From NCBI GenBank assembly GCA_037379345.1, contig CM074515.1, positions 21,514,001-21,578,000 of the forward strand: 64,000 bases of DNA, read 5' to 3'. The notes under the pieces were generated by a model. It saw nothing but the letters and a program-made list of their open reading frames with translations. It had not been told where the DNA came from and searched no databases. The position numbers were made by a program, and so were the translations under genes. This document shows, in pieces, positions 39,897 through 53,680 of this stretch (its first letter is position 1; each line of letters begins with the position of its first letter). The stretch comes from Perna viridis. Its lineage: Eukaryota.

Positions 39897-42800
39897 TTAA
39901 GCCATGTTTTACTCTACAGAGCTTGAATGACCAGCTAATGCTACATCAAAGTAATGATAAAACCCCAGGTATGGACAATAACACATACTTACTGTTTAGA
40001 TCTATCTGAATTGTAAAGTAATAAACTTGCTGCTTGTATTGTTTTTGGCTGCATTTTATCAGAAATAAATCGTTTTGCAGAAAACCTAATTAAATTCCTC
40101 ACATGCTGATGGCTGAAGATACATGGTAATACTACATGTAATGGTTTATGTTTTTATTACATCTTCTATGTGATTTGGTTTATGTTAATGTTATTGGTAG
40201 TACATGTTAACAGTATCTTATTTTCTCATCAAGCCAGACAGACAAACTATTCAGGCACAGAGTCAGGAATTTTATTTTGGAAAGGCACAGGGCTAAGTTT
40301 TGGTGCCAGGCACGGGAAATATGTGAATGTTAGAGCTTTCTCTTTTAAATTTTAAATGTTCTGCCAAATTCAGAAATTTTTGTTTAATGATTTGGTTTTT
40401 ATGTTGTGTAGGTGAGCCAAATTTTCCTTCTTTTAGTAACTCTGCCTATGTATTTTCAGAAATGATTTCCCTCCTGTAATTTTAAACTTTGGAATCCAAA
40501 TGACTGAGAATATGAAATAAAATTTTGCTGATGTGTTGTTATTAAGGTGTTACTGCTCTTGAAATTATACATTAGGCATGGTGCCATTTAAAAACAGCTT
40601 TTTTGTTTTTATTTGAATATTTACTTGTTCAGTTATTCTGTACTGAATAACTCCAATGAGGGGGAGGGGGGTTATATGGTCAGGTGGGGCAATCTTGTTT
40701 TTCCTAACATGATTTTCCTTATTCATCTACCTACCGCTAATTTGTTTCAATTTCTTATATATTATCACCACAGTTTTTGATGAAGTACATCTTGTTTTAA
40801 CAGACAAAAAAATTGGCATCTATTCTCAGTGAGGTTTTCTACTTTCTCTATAATGTAAGTTTCAACAAAGCATTTATTAACACCTGGATTGTATATTTCG
40901 TCTTCTTTTTGTATCCAGATGTAGGGATGTATAGAATCTTGCCTGCAGAAAAAAGTAAATATTTATAATACTGTTTTCGATTGCCATGAAAATTACATCT
41001 GTAGATTAGAAAGGCTTTCAATGTGATTAGTCTATATCTAGTTTGTTCAGTCACTGGAAACACTAATATTATGGTAGGGTATTGTCAGAAACTAGGCGCG
41101 AGTGACTAGTCACATGACTGACCTGTACACATAAATGTATGTGCTTTTGGTTGAAAATGAGGAGTATGTGGTTGAGCATACTACCACAAGACCAGCATGT
41201 TGGTCAGCAGTATATGAATCAACCGTTTATTTGTCAGATATCTAGAAACTATACATTGTATATCCCCTTTTCGATGTGGTTGAAATATGGGTATTGTAAT
41301 ACTGCCATCTGTCCTTATTTATACATTCTTTCGAAGGCTTGCATCGAGAAAAAACCTTGACCATCATGATTTAAAAAAAAATTATGGAAATAATTTCCAA
41401 GTATATGGAGTATGTAGAAGTGTACATATGCCTGTACATTTAATCAACTAGACTGTTGGTAGATTGGTTAATAGGATGTTCATTTCTCTCAGTGATTGGG
41501 TCTTTATTGTTTGAGAGAGAATCATTCTCATGTTTTTCCTCAGACATGATTGTTGTATTATGGCCAGGTTTGTAAGTCTTGTCCTAGTTTCATATTCCTT
41601 ACCAGAATTTTTGATGTTGATCATATTGAAATTTGAAGAACGTTCTGCATTTCATTGTTTACTTCAAGGATCTAAGAACACTGCATTACAATGTAAAATC
41701 TTCTACTTATTGCTTTTTTTAACACTTTTATAATTTAGAAGTATATTTTTGACATTTTTGTCAGTATTTATACACAAAAAGATGTTTTACTTTTAGTTCT
41801 GAACTCAATGCTTTATAAATAACAAAGTTTCTGTGCATTTGAATCAATTTAGATCAATTAGGACTCATTCTAGTAAAACAACAGAGTCATTTGCAAGACT
41901 TACATACCCTATAATCTATTTTGTAAAATAAGAAACAGCATAACCTCCATCTTTCCATCTACAGATAAAATAACAGTAAATGTTATAACAATTCGAAAAG
42001 TCATAATCATTTCCTTTCATAATTATTGTAGTATTTTATTATTAATTGACACCATTTGGTAGCAGTCATCAGAGTAAGATATATAGTCTCATAATACCTT
42101 TGGCACATATCTTGAAGACTTTGACAGATAGGGGAGTTGTTGTTGATTGTTGTTTCTTCCTTGTGGGTTGGCATTTAGTCAGATCCCTGTTTACTCTGGT
42201 GAATGGTAATTGTTCTACAATTTGATGTTAATGAGAACTCTTTAAGCATCAAATGGGTTTTGTTTATGTAGATTTTAGTTTTTGGTTAAAACATCTGTGT
42301 GGAACTATCCTAGATCTTGATTTTCTTCCATTGAACTTCGTTTTTGTTTACTTTGCATCTGCTTCCCCTTTGAATTGAGGTCTTTGATCTTTTAATAGGT
42401 CATGAACTTTTTGTCTCAATCTTACCTATATAATGTAAAAAGATTTATGAATGTATGCAATATTTTTGTATAAAAATAATCATAAAATTGCATGCTTAAA
42501 GGATGAACTAGTTTGGGGCATATTGGAATGAGGCGTCACATTATGATCAGTAAAAATATTGCTTATTGCCTGCGCTCTAGATCATACAGGGTTTTTTACT
42601 TATAACAGTGTATGGTCTAAACTATATGCATACTTACAAAAATATCTCATTGGTTTTAAAAGTATGTCTCAACTTATGGTGGAATTCTGCTTAAAATTGT
42701 GCAAAACATGAACCATTTTCCATTACTAGTATTAAAACATACTAATTTCTGTAGAAAATAACTGGTAGGGAATCAAGTGAGATTTTTAAGATACGTTTTT

Positions 42801-43654
42801 AAAAAATGTTTTAAAAATACAAGCATATTTAATTCTTTTTTTTTTTCAGATCAGTTTGTGTTCATAAAATATTTTTGCTATCAACCCTTTCAACAACTGT
42901 TTGAGTCATTTTACAGGTCTTATCAAATGTAGGTACAAGAACACAATTAATTCCCCTTGGTTTTCGTTGTATACGAATATAGTTCCAACTTTGGTAGTAG
43001 GTACCTTCCACATTTATTCATATTTTTACTGGAAACTTATTTGCTGAAGTTTTGCCTCTAATTGGTAGAAAATAGGTTAAATTTTACATGGGATTTTTTT
43101 TCATTAATCAATTCTGACTAAAAGTTGTGATTTGGTTCAGTGGAAGAAGGTTAAAATTTAGGACTTTTAACTCAGTTCATTTGTCATGTTTACCCCATCT
43201 CCAAATTAGATGTATTAATTTCAGAAAATGATGGTAAAATTTTCTACAATTTATATATAAAATCCTGTTTGTACATATCTTTAAGCCAGAGAAGTTTAAT
43301 TCAGTTTGCGCGGGTGGAATTTTTTTAATCTGCTCAAATGTGTATATTGAAATGCACTTGAAAATAAATTACGGTCTCGTGCCTGTAAGCAAATTATTTA
43401 GATACTGGTAAGGTCAAGGTCATTGTCCTATGACCCTATGCTTATGGTTTGAATGTACATATAATCAGAACATTTAGATATGTACATAAGATCTAGACAT
43501 TGCATGTATGGTCCAAATGCCTGTTTGATCGAAACCTATATATTGGAGTACTGTTGCCCTTGCTTGAATTGCCATATTAAATATTTTTTTGCTTCTGTTT
43601 TGAACGCATGAACAAATTTTCTTACTATCGGTTGAGCATTTTTTTGATATTATG

Positions 43655-44040
43655 CATATGTATGGTTTATTTTCTCATTTTGTACCATGCTTACATATGG
43701 TTAGATGTTTTCCCATTTTGATACCATGCTTACGCATGGTTTAATGTTTTCCTTTTTGATACCATGCTTACGTATGGTTAAATGTTTTCATTTTAATATC
43801 ATGCTTACGTATGGTTAAATGTTTTCCTGTTTTGATACCATGCTTACGTATGGTTTAATGTTTTCATTTTTGATACCATGCTTACGTATGGTTAAATGTT
43901 TTCCTGTTTTGATACCATGCTTACGTATGGTTTAATGTTTCCTTTTTGATACAATGCTTACATATGGTTAATTTTTTTCCCTGTTTTTATACCATGCTTA
44001 CATATGTTTTAATGCCTTCCTATTTTATTACCATTCTTGC
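43655..44040. repeat. ~38-bp minisatellite, about 10 copies, with a palindromic core
   Basis: tttgataccatgcttacgtatggttWaatgttttc repeated; the core is ACCATGC-TTAC-GYATGGT. Confidence 0.95.
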
Positions 44041-46709
44041 TTTGTTATTTTTAACATGCTTCAATATATTAGTTTGGCTATGTTGATTCAAAATTATTAA
44101 AAAAAATTTTCTCTCATTTCCAAGTTTCATAGTTAGTTGAGTAGTCTCCCTTTCAAGAGAAACATTATATACATTGTATTTTCAGCTGCAAAATGTAAAT
44201 TTTGTAAATAAATAGTTTAGTTTTATCTGGTTTGTTATTCTATAAGTATAGTGTCATGAATTTCATTGAATATAAAGGTTTATACATGTACATGAGAAAA
44301 GTTATGGGCTTGGTTTAGTTTCAGGTATTATGTTGAAGGTACGCTGTGTTTGGTAATTTATTTACTACAAAACAAAGAGCATTGTTGAAAAACATAAGTT
44401 TGTTTACCATGGCGATATACAGTATTTGAAACTTTAGGTGCTTTGTGTGTTCATATTTATATATGCACATGTTGTACATGTAAATATGAAATTTGGGTGA
44501 AATATGGTATGGCAATGTTGTTTGTTCTTAACACAGAAATAGAGTAATAAATTGAGCATTTATTGTCCTTGAAAGGTCACTTTTTTTTTGCTCTTTTTTG
44601 TTTCTGTGAGTTATGTCCTTATTGTCAAGTTGGCATGGTGAAAAACCCTTGTAATTGTTAATTGTAATTGTTAAGTACAATTTAAATTTCTGGAGCCTCT
44701 GTTTGTTTTCTTGCTCTTTAGACATTTCTATAGATAATGACAGATTGGTGTCTTAAACTTATTTTTCAGTAGCTATCAGATTTAATCAGTAGATTAGAAT
44801 TATGAAGATTTGCAGGCCTCTGTTATGACATGCCATTTGTCATTTCAAATATCACCTTACTCAATCAGCTGTTATCACTAATTTGTGTTATCTCCCCTAA
44901 TTATGGCTGGAAATATATCAAAGTACCTGTATAGCCTTACAAAAAAATGCTGTTTCTTTCATCAGACTTCACACCCCAGATCGTTGAAGTATCATGGAAA
45001 TAGCTTAGAATGTAAGGCAATAATTTTCTGTAATGCATCCTAGATTGGAAATCCAGGTGAGGAAATAAAAGCGGATATTGAGCTTAACTCCTTGTAAAGT
45101 TCATGCTTGGAATACAGTCATCTTAAAGCTAGGATTTTGTTTTTATTATTCATCATTTTATATATGGGGCCTTTACCCTGATGTTTATTATTTATTGATG
45201 GAAAACAACTCCCATGCAAAAACGTGAAATTTGAAATTTTTAGATTTTGATGTATTACTTCAATTTTTGCAACATATTTAAAAATCTCTCTTCTGACAGT
45301 AGAATATGATTATTCATATTCATATTCATGTACATATGATACTACATTGTTCAGAAAATCTTTTTTTGAATGAATTGATTTATATGTACATGTATATTTA
45401 TAGCATATGAAATTCTTCATACCCCCACATATAGTAATAATGATATCTGAATTAAACTTAGATGGAGGAGTACTTCATGACATGGTTTACACCTGGATCA
45501 TAAGATGAATTTTCTGTTTCAGTAATTGCCGAAACACCCTCACAAGTGTTTTTCACATTAATATGGAGATGCATCTAAAAAATGCAGGAATTAGACTGTT
45601 CTTGATTTATCTTGTCAATTAGTTTCTTAATGAGTTGTAAAATTACTTTCCTGTGTTGCCATACCAACATGATTTCACTCTTTAATATTTTCAATGATTA
45701 CAGTGTTATCTCCCTTGTCATTTTTTTTGATAATATATATTTCTTCACTAGATATTCAGAATCAATACTTGATAGCCTTGCTGAAGCTAAAAGTTCAACC
45801 TGTCCAGTAATAAGTATCTTGTGGGTAGTTTTGAAGATGTACCTGGCTCTGCTGAGTTTGGAATGTTTTAAGTCCAAGTGTCTGTATATCTGTTTGTCAA
45901 TCAATCTGGTTTCAAGCACTCTAATTTGTTGAGGAGGGAAAAAAATAACACTACAGATCAATCTCCTGCCAATACTTCATCCCTACATCCAACCAATTAT
46001 AGCATCCTGTTAATGATACACCATTGATATTCCTCGATTTCATATTGGCCAAATTTGTTAAACAGTCTGCCCTGTGATGTGAAGGTGTACTTGTTGTTCA
46101 TTGAAGACCCAGGGATGGCCTTGAGTTGACCTTTTTTCATCCCTGTAGGGTCCTTGTCTGTTTAACTTGCTCACAATATCAATTCTTGTTATATAGGACC
46201 TTATGGAACTATATAACCCTATTTTCCTCTAATCTCATGATAGCACTATTGGTATATTCTCATCTTTCTGTCTGTCTGTCATAACAAAATGTACTAAATG
46301 GCTTGAGATTTGCCATCATTCGGTATTTTGTGTGGCATGGTGGCTTGTACTGTTTCTCCTCTCCAACTACATGTACTTGGTTTGCCAATGAAAGACTTAG
46401 CACACATTTATCAGCTGCGACTAGACCAAATGGTTTTATATTTGGTATAGGACTTTGGTTTTGTGACTTGCACTGTCACTCATCTTTCAAGGTTTCCAAC
46501 ACATCCATTTCTAGTTTACAGAGCAATTTTATTTTTTTATTTTTTGTTGATGACAAGGGGGATATGTTATGCAACATGATATGTTCAACCAAATGTTGAT
46601 CAAGGTCAAAGTCACAAGTTTAATTTCTTTATGAAATCTGGCAGAATTTGGTACTTAATTTCAGGCTAAGTTCTTTAAAAAGTCTGAAATCTTGAAGTGT
46701 TACATTTTA

Positions 46710-46769
46710 TATAAAATCAGATGGGGCAAGTAATATATATATATATTACTTGCCCCATCTGATTTTATA
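46710..46769. repeat. Perfect 60-bp palindrome
   Basis: TATAAAATCAGATGGGGCAAGTAATATATA|TATATATTACTTGCCCCATCTGATTTTATA, checked base by base. Confidence 0.97.
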
Positions 46770-46870
46770 GTAAACCTTAAATTTTTTTAAATGTTTTTTT
46801 ATTTTTTTTTAGACAATGAGTTACAATCAAGATTTTGACCATGTTATGCCTAAAATCCTTTTAAGTCAGT

Positions 46871-46929
46871 TGTAGAAAAAAAAGGCATGAACTTTGGTAC
46901 TGTAGAAAAAAAGGCTTGAACTTTGGTAC
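46871..46929. repeat. ~30-bp tandem duplication
   Basis: tgtagaaaaaaa(a)ggcWtgaactttggtac occurs twice. Confidence 0.9.
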
Positions 46930-49869
46930 ACCAGGACAGGTCAAACTAATAATAGACTTTTCTACTTTCATTTTAATTTTGAGGTCATAAAATAGACCCC
47001 TTTTCTGAAGCATTATTTTTCATGAAAGTACTGTTTTTTTCTCAAAACATGTTTTTAGTGTCAAAGCTTAATATTTACTCTGTGCTTTGGATGAAAAACA
47101 ATAATCAGTTGCAAAAAAAACAAAAACAGGAAAAGGCAAAAAGAAAGCACTATATTTTTTAGCCTGTGTGCAATACAAGACTGATAACTATATAAGCCAT
47201 GTGATACCAAGCTCTTTATTGTACCTGTTTATACATTTATTATATATATGAACATATCAGATCCATGAACTGACACCATATAACAGTAGCAGAAATTTGA
47301 TGATTTCCATATTTAGGTGTCTATAGACATGACAAATGTACTTCTGTCAAATTGATAAATGTTACATAACATTCCAATCCTCCTCAGTAATGATAGTTGT
47401 AAGTGTCAGTATAGCACTGAGATATTTAGTCTCATAGAAGCTTTCCTTCAAAGTCTTGTTATTGGAAGTCTACAAATGGAATATGAATGTCATTTTGGTA
47501 AAGCTTTCTAAATCCCAAGTGTCAACTTCAGTCATTGAAGATCTTGTAGAGTGTTGGAATCAATGCTATTTCTGTATATACCATCTGCTCTGTATCCATT
47601 GACAAGGAAGTTAGAAAAGATTAACAGTTCTCTTGTCTTGTCTTTTAATATATTTTACTCCTTTTTAGGCAAAGTTAATTTTATGTTTTTATTGCTGTTT
47701 GTGGTTTAAGTAAATATTGATGTGTTTTTCTTATTGTTTGTATGTTTTATGTTATAAATTTTTACTATTGTAGTAAAATTTGGCAATTTCATTAGCGTTA
47801 GTTTTATGTATGCCCTTTTTATGTTGAAGGAGGTTGTCATAAATATACATAAAGTGATACAGAAATTAAATATTAAATTGAATTTTCAGGTAGAGTTACA
47901 ATAATCTCAGTTTTTTTTCATTTTTTATGCCTTAGACTGTTACAAAAAGAGTAAAACATTTTGAAATTTAAAATAAAGTTTTGTTCTTTGAAAACTTCAG
48001 AATCAGTACAATTCCATAGTTTCTATAAATTTGATTATATATGCTTTAAGATTTGTCAGGGCTTGACTTGCTCATATCATATTGTATTGCAGGAACTTTT
48101 ATAAAATCTAAGACAAGGTTCAGTTATCTTTGAAATAAATGCAAGCATCTAAACATGCCTGGACCTAATATAGAGTTAATGAATGTGCTTACCTCAGGTT
48201 TCTACAGTCAATAAGGAATAGAAATGCAAGTATTTGTAACTCCTATGGAAAGCCACCTATCAGTGTTTGAAATGTTTTCTCTTTTGTAATCAATGTAAAT
48301 GCCCAATTAATATCTTATGAAGAAAATAATAAGGAAGCACATGACAGTAACAGTGATTCAAATGAAACTCCCAAAAATGTGAGGTGTTGAACCATTTGAA
48401 ATATTAGGTAAAAGCTACATCACAAATTTTGTCCAAAAAACACAAAGTCACAAAATGTTCATTTATAAGAATATGTAATAAAGCTAATAACAAAATTACC
48501 AAACTCTTTATGGTAAATTAGGAAGGGAGATATTTTAAATAATACATGAACTGGCAAAATCAATGACACATGGAAAAAATGAAATTAGCCATAATGTTCC
48601 TGACTTATACAGGCATTTCAGAGTGAAATAGATGGTCAAACCAGGTTTTAGGGCTATCCAAACCTCCTGCTTTCATAGTGGCCAAACAAGTTCGAATGAG
48701 AGTTTCTTTTGTGCACTAGAGTGAAAATGGGTAGAACAGTAAGCTCAGACTTGTGAAATGAAATGTACATCTGTAATAATTAGTTCAGTTATTACAGACT
48801 AATCTACCATAAGATATTGAAGTGTCATCTTTTCGCTTCCACTTCTAGATTGCATTATTTTAGCTGCAACCAGAAACTTTGAAACTCTTGTGATAAATCC
48901 CCACCATTGATTTCCACTTCATCAAGTTCTGTCTTCTATCAATTATCAGAAATTTGCTGAAGACAAATAACAATTGTATTGAACAACTCTCAGTAATTCT
49001 GTTGTGTTCTAGTTAATTGAGTCCTCAAAATACGGTTTTGATGACTATTTGTTATACAGTTCTTTAGTGTGTTTTTGTAATTAAATTGATGTTTTTCTTC
49101 TCCAACTTCTGTTGTGTATTGGTTATTTTTCTGTAAGAATATAACTTTACCCAAGTTTCAGGTAGTCTTTAAAAAAAATTGTGTCTTTGCAATTTCATGC
49201 TGTTACTATAAATCACGATTGTGTATGTACTACATAAAACATCTTTTTCGCTATACAGGATAAAATGCTTATGTATACATTATTATTTATTAATCTATAA
49301 AAAAAAATCAATTAATTCCATGTGGATTTTTTCTGCCATTTAACTTTTGATGCATGATACATTAACAAATAGTATGAAAACTCTTTGATTCTCAGAATGG
49401 AATCATCCTTTAGACACTAATAGTGATAATCTCCCTTTAATGGACCTCATAAACTTCACCACACTCCTGTGGAGAGTATTATTTTCTTCTAAGATAAGTT
49501 GATAAGAATTGTTGAATGTTTTTATAGATTTTCATCATAACAATAGCTTCCGCAACAGTTTTAGCACCTTCCAAATCTTATCGTCTAATTGCAGTTACAT
49601 CAAATTGGAATAAATTTGCCTAATTTGAGAATCAGATAGGAGAATAATTGATACAGAATAAAATTGAAGTGGAAATATTTTGTTCAGTAACAGATGTCTG
49701 TCATATTTATATGGATTGTGATGTTATTAGTTCACACAAGAATGTAAAACCAGAAAATTAAAACAAGTGTAGATATGGAGTTCATTTTTTGTGTGCATGT
49801 TGATGTAAACTTAACGTGTATGTATGGAATAAACAAACATTGATTTTCTTACATGAACTTATTCAGTAA

Positions 49870-49894
49870 ATGGAAAAAAGCAAAAAGAAATCTG
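49870..49894 (+). CDS. Candidate alternative first coding mini-exon (MEKSKKKS-) of the PHLDB1-like gene
   Basis: ATG GAA AAA AGC AAA AAG AAA TCT G|gtgagt: consensus donor, phase 1 like the host intron, with a stop immediately upstream. Splice-signal evidence only. Confidence 0.35.
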
Positions 49895-51485
49895 GTGAGT
49901 TCTCCTAACTATATCTTTTTTCTCTTGTTTTCATGTGCTTGTGATGACTTTAATCTGTATAATTGGTTAAAACCTTTTTTTCTTATGATGCAAATTCTGA
50001 TGTTTTCCTCACTTGAGGAATTTAATTAAAAAAAAATTAATTGACCTAAATTGGTAAAAATGATATATAATACAAATTGTCATATTTGAAAGGGATCCAG
50101 GAAATTTTGTACTCCCTGAAGTCAACCAAAACACGAATCCTTAAGTGTCAGTCCCTGTAAATATCAGGCAGTAGGTACGAAAAATACCCATCATTTTGAT
50201 AGTGTAATTTGACTATTTGCACCATCAGAATCAAGGAAAACAGACAAGATTTTCCATATCATGCTGGACCATTGAGTTACAATTTCATTGAAATGCACTG
50301 AAAATGAACATTTCAAGGGCAGATAACTCTGTCAAAAACCTCATTTTTCTAAGATTCTATTGAAAAATTTCTGAGCAAAGCCAGTGATGCAGAGATCAAA
50401 TAATGGTCTTTTCAGAAGGAGAAAGTATCCTTGAGTAATATTACATTGTCAGATTGGTGGGTTTTTGACATGATGTTTCTGATTTTCCCCATTTGCCTGA
50501 TTCTTACAAATACTTACACTTAAAGGGCATACAATTCTCACATGGTGCAAACTTTATTTTTATCTTTTATCAAAAAATGGTGTATTGTGTGTGGTGAATA
50601 TGAAATGACTTTGTCATTAGTGGAATTGTATACCATAATTTTATTCACTTTCTTGAGTCCTAATATTTGCAGTATCAGTAAAATGGCTATATTGCGGCTA
50701 CTGTTTTTCATTGTTAAGATGGCATGTTTTATTAAAGGATGAGAAATAAATTTTGCATTTTGTATTTTTCACACTACAAACTTTAAACATAGTATAAAAT
50801 ATGTGTATTACAAAAAGTACTATTTTTTAGTATTTTACAGGGAAACAATATATATTGTGACTAGAAAGTAATGAACATTTATAAAAATCAAAATCCTAAA
50901 TAGACATTTCTATTCCAGATTAGTAAATAGAGCATTGCGTTTCAGGTCATTATTTTTTCTGAGTTACAAATTTAGGAAAGATTGGTGAACAAACCAAAAT
51001 ATTGCATTGTAAATCTCAAAACTTGTTTAGGTAAAATACCTTTTTATCGTCCAAACTACTGGTGTGCTTTCATTGTTATTAATCCAAAATATTTTTGTGA
51101 CACTTGTTTCTATCAATGGCTGGTTACTATCAAATATAAGAACCACTATACTCATATTTTATAGTAACTGGCCATTGATAGAAACAAGTGCTACATGGGC
51201 CAACCTAATAATGACTTTCTTATTGTATTGCATTGATGTGCATAGTTTTAATTTGATCAGAGTTAAGGTCAGTCAAAAGTCAAAAGCTTTATTTAAAGTC
51301 AGTACTCTTAAAACAAAAACCAAAGATCAACTTCTGTTATTGTATGCTTGTTTTTGTATTTAACTACATGTTTCCATCCATCTTAATGTTTCAAAGGCAC
51401 ACTTCCCTGAAAATAATTTGAGTTATCTTCCTTTACACAAAGCGCATTGTTTCTACTAGAGTTGTCTCCCTTGGTTTATTGATAA

Positions 51486-51953
51486 GGTACCAGTATCGTA
51501 TTGCATATCCCTGAGCGGGTGTACGTCAAAACATGGATGCCATAAAAATATAGTGCATTTTCTTTTTGCCTCTCTACAAACTAATGTTTTGTCAAAAGAC
51601 ATGAACAATGACTTAAAAAATAGAGCAAACATCACACTGTAAGATGAAGAACTTTTTTAAAAGAAAATCTAACATAATATCATAAAAATGTTCCACTGAA
51701 AAGGTTGGTTTGGTGAGTGCAAAACGAAAGTGAAAGTAGGGAAAATGGCTATTTATAGTTCAAGACTACTTTTCTGTCCAATCTTCGTGGACTCACCCTA
51801 TTTTCTTTGCGGGAAATTATTTTTTCACATGTCCTTAGAAATGCTACATAAGTGAAAGTTTTATTGAATCAATTTACATATTTTTTTTAAAAATCCTAAA
51901 AATATGCACTTCACTATAGAAGTCTATGGGAAAATTAATACGATACTGAGACC
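51486..51953. mobile_element. Solo copy of the 468-bp TIR module
   Basis: Near-identical to 22044-22511, with its own 4-bp TSD ATAA (51482-51485 and 51954-51957). Confidence 0.92.
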
Positions 51954-53047
51954 ATAACTGTTACCTAGATCAATTTGCTACCTTTTAACAAGTAATCCAA
52001 GACAAATATTTGGTACATTTGTATTACCATTACTTATCAGCCATCACTAAATTGTAAATAAACAACCTGCTAATCCCTTGGTAGATCAGTGGTCATTTAA
52101 AAACCAATCAAGCAAAAATTATTAGATCGGGTCCTGATAGGATATTGGGGAAGAGAAAGTCATTTCACCCTGCTGATTAATTTTAAATATGTGAGGGGTT
52201 GTTGGAGGGTCAGGAAGGGAGGGGATATTTCCATTTACAGAAGTCATTTTAGAGTATCTTATATGACCTATATATTGTTTATCACATTTTAGCTCCACAA
52301 AATACAACTTAATTTCCATATTTCCTTTTGATTCTTTCAAAGCCCAGTTAACAAGTTTTCTTGAAGCTTGAAGGAGTGAACTGTAAAAAGATGGTAACAA
52401 TAGGTCTTTTGAAAATTATATGCTGCAGAAGGTAGAGATATTAGTGCATATTTATCTTAAGATCTTAATTTAAAAGGTCATAGAATGTAGTTCAGAATAA
52501 ATTGAAGTGAATGATGCTGTTTATAATTTGAGAAGTTGTACTTCCGTAGGTTTGCAGAGTTAATGGGCAAGCTGTTTCCAATCAAGAATCTTGAAGACCT
52601 TAATTGTTTGCAAAGAAATGCATCTTTTTTTTAATTTCATGCAGCTTGCTCAGTCAGAAAAATTGTAATTAAAAAGGGGAGGTTAATTGAAATAATACTT
52701 GAATTAGCTGTTAATCTGTGATGTTACTACGATGAGTTTGAGTGTCTGGTAGAGAGAGAGGGTCTGTAAAAGAGGTTAATTATATATTAATTATAGGGAG
52801 ATCAAACTTAAACAGACTTTCTCTTCTTGTTTATGTAACATAAATATAATGGCTTCCTAAAGAACAAGTAGAGCTGTGATGTATAACAGATTATTTTAAT
52901 GTGTCAGAAGCTGGAATTAAGGTTGTTTGAATCCAATACATCATAATCTGCAGTGGCAAAAAAGTTTTTGTTTTCTCTAATACTCTGATTTGGCCTTGCC
53001 TGGAAAATTTGATGGCTTGGTTTGGCCTGAACAATTTTTTCTCTTCA

Positions 53048-53680
53048 TTTTTAGCTCACCTGGCCAATGGCCATGTGAACTACTGCCATCAATTGGCATC
53101 TGTCGTCGTCGTTGTTAACAATTATACAAAACTCTTCTCCTCTGAAACTACTTGACTGATCAGAACCAAACTTGGCTTAAATGTTCCTTGGGGTATCTTG
53201 CATAGAACTGATATGGGGATTTTTGTTTCATCGAAAAACATGGCTGCCATTACTAAAAATTGAACATAGGGGCCAGACAGTAGTTTTTCACATATATCTC
53301 AAAAACTGTTAGGTTTAACTAAATTCTGACTTGGGTAAAAGTGTTCAGCATGATAAGATTTATCTCTGGTCAAATTCTGGTTTTAATTTGTTAAGCCCTG
53401 TTGGAGTTATTGCTCTTTTTCAATGATTTTTGCTATTTTTAATGTTATTTCTTTCAAAAATCTTCTCCTCTGACATTATTTTATCAATTGGAACCAAACT
53501 TGGTACGAATGTTCCTTGGGATATTTTGCATAGAACTGTTGTGGGGATTTTTGATCCGTCAAAAAACATGGCAGCCATTACTAAAAACAGAACATACAGT
53601 GTAGGGGTCAGACAGGTGTTTTTCGCATTTATCTCCAAAACTGTTAGGTTTATTCAAATTCTTTCAATAGCTGAAATGAT
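53048..53680 (+). mobile_element. Non-autonomous Helentron/HINE-like bivalve element with internal tandem repeats
   Basis: Begins TTTTTAGCTCACCTGGCC, followed by a short palindrome and a (GTC)n microsatellite. Two ~330-bp internal units (about 53131 and 53461) share tcttctcctctga..aaccaaacttgg..gttccttggg..aaaaacatggc.gccattactaaaaa. Confidence 0.7.

Noticed and set aside
43655-44040. CRISPR-like array (palindromic repeat with regular spacing)
   Set aside because: The intervening sequences are near-identical T-rich linkers rather than unique spacers, there are no cas genes, and the context is a eukaryotic intron.
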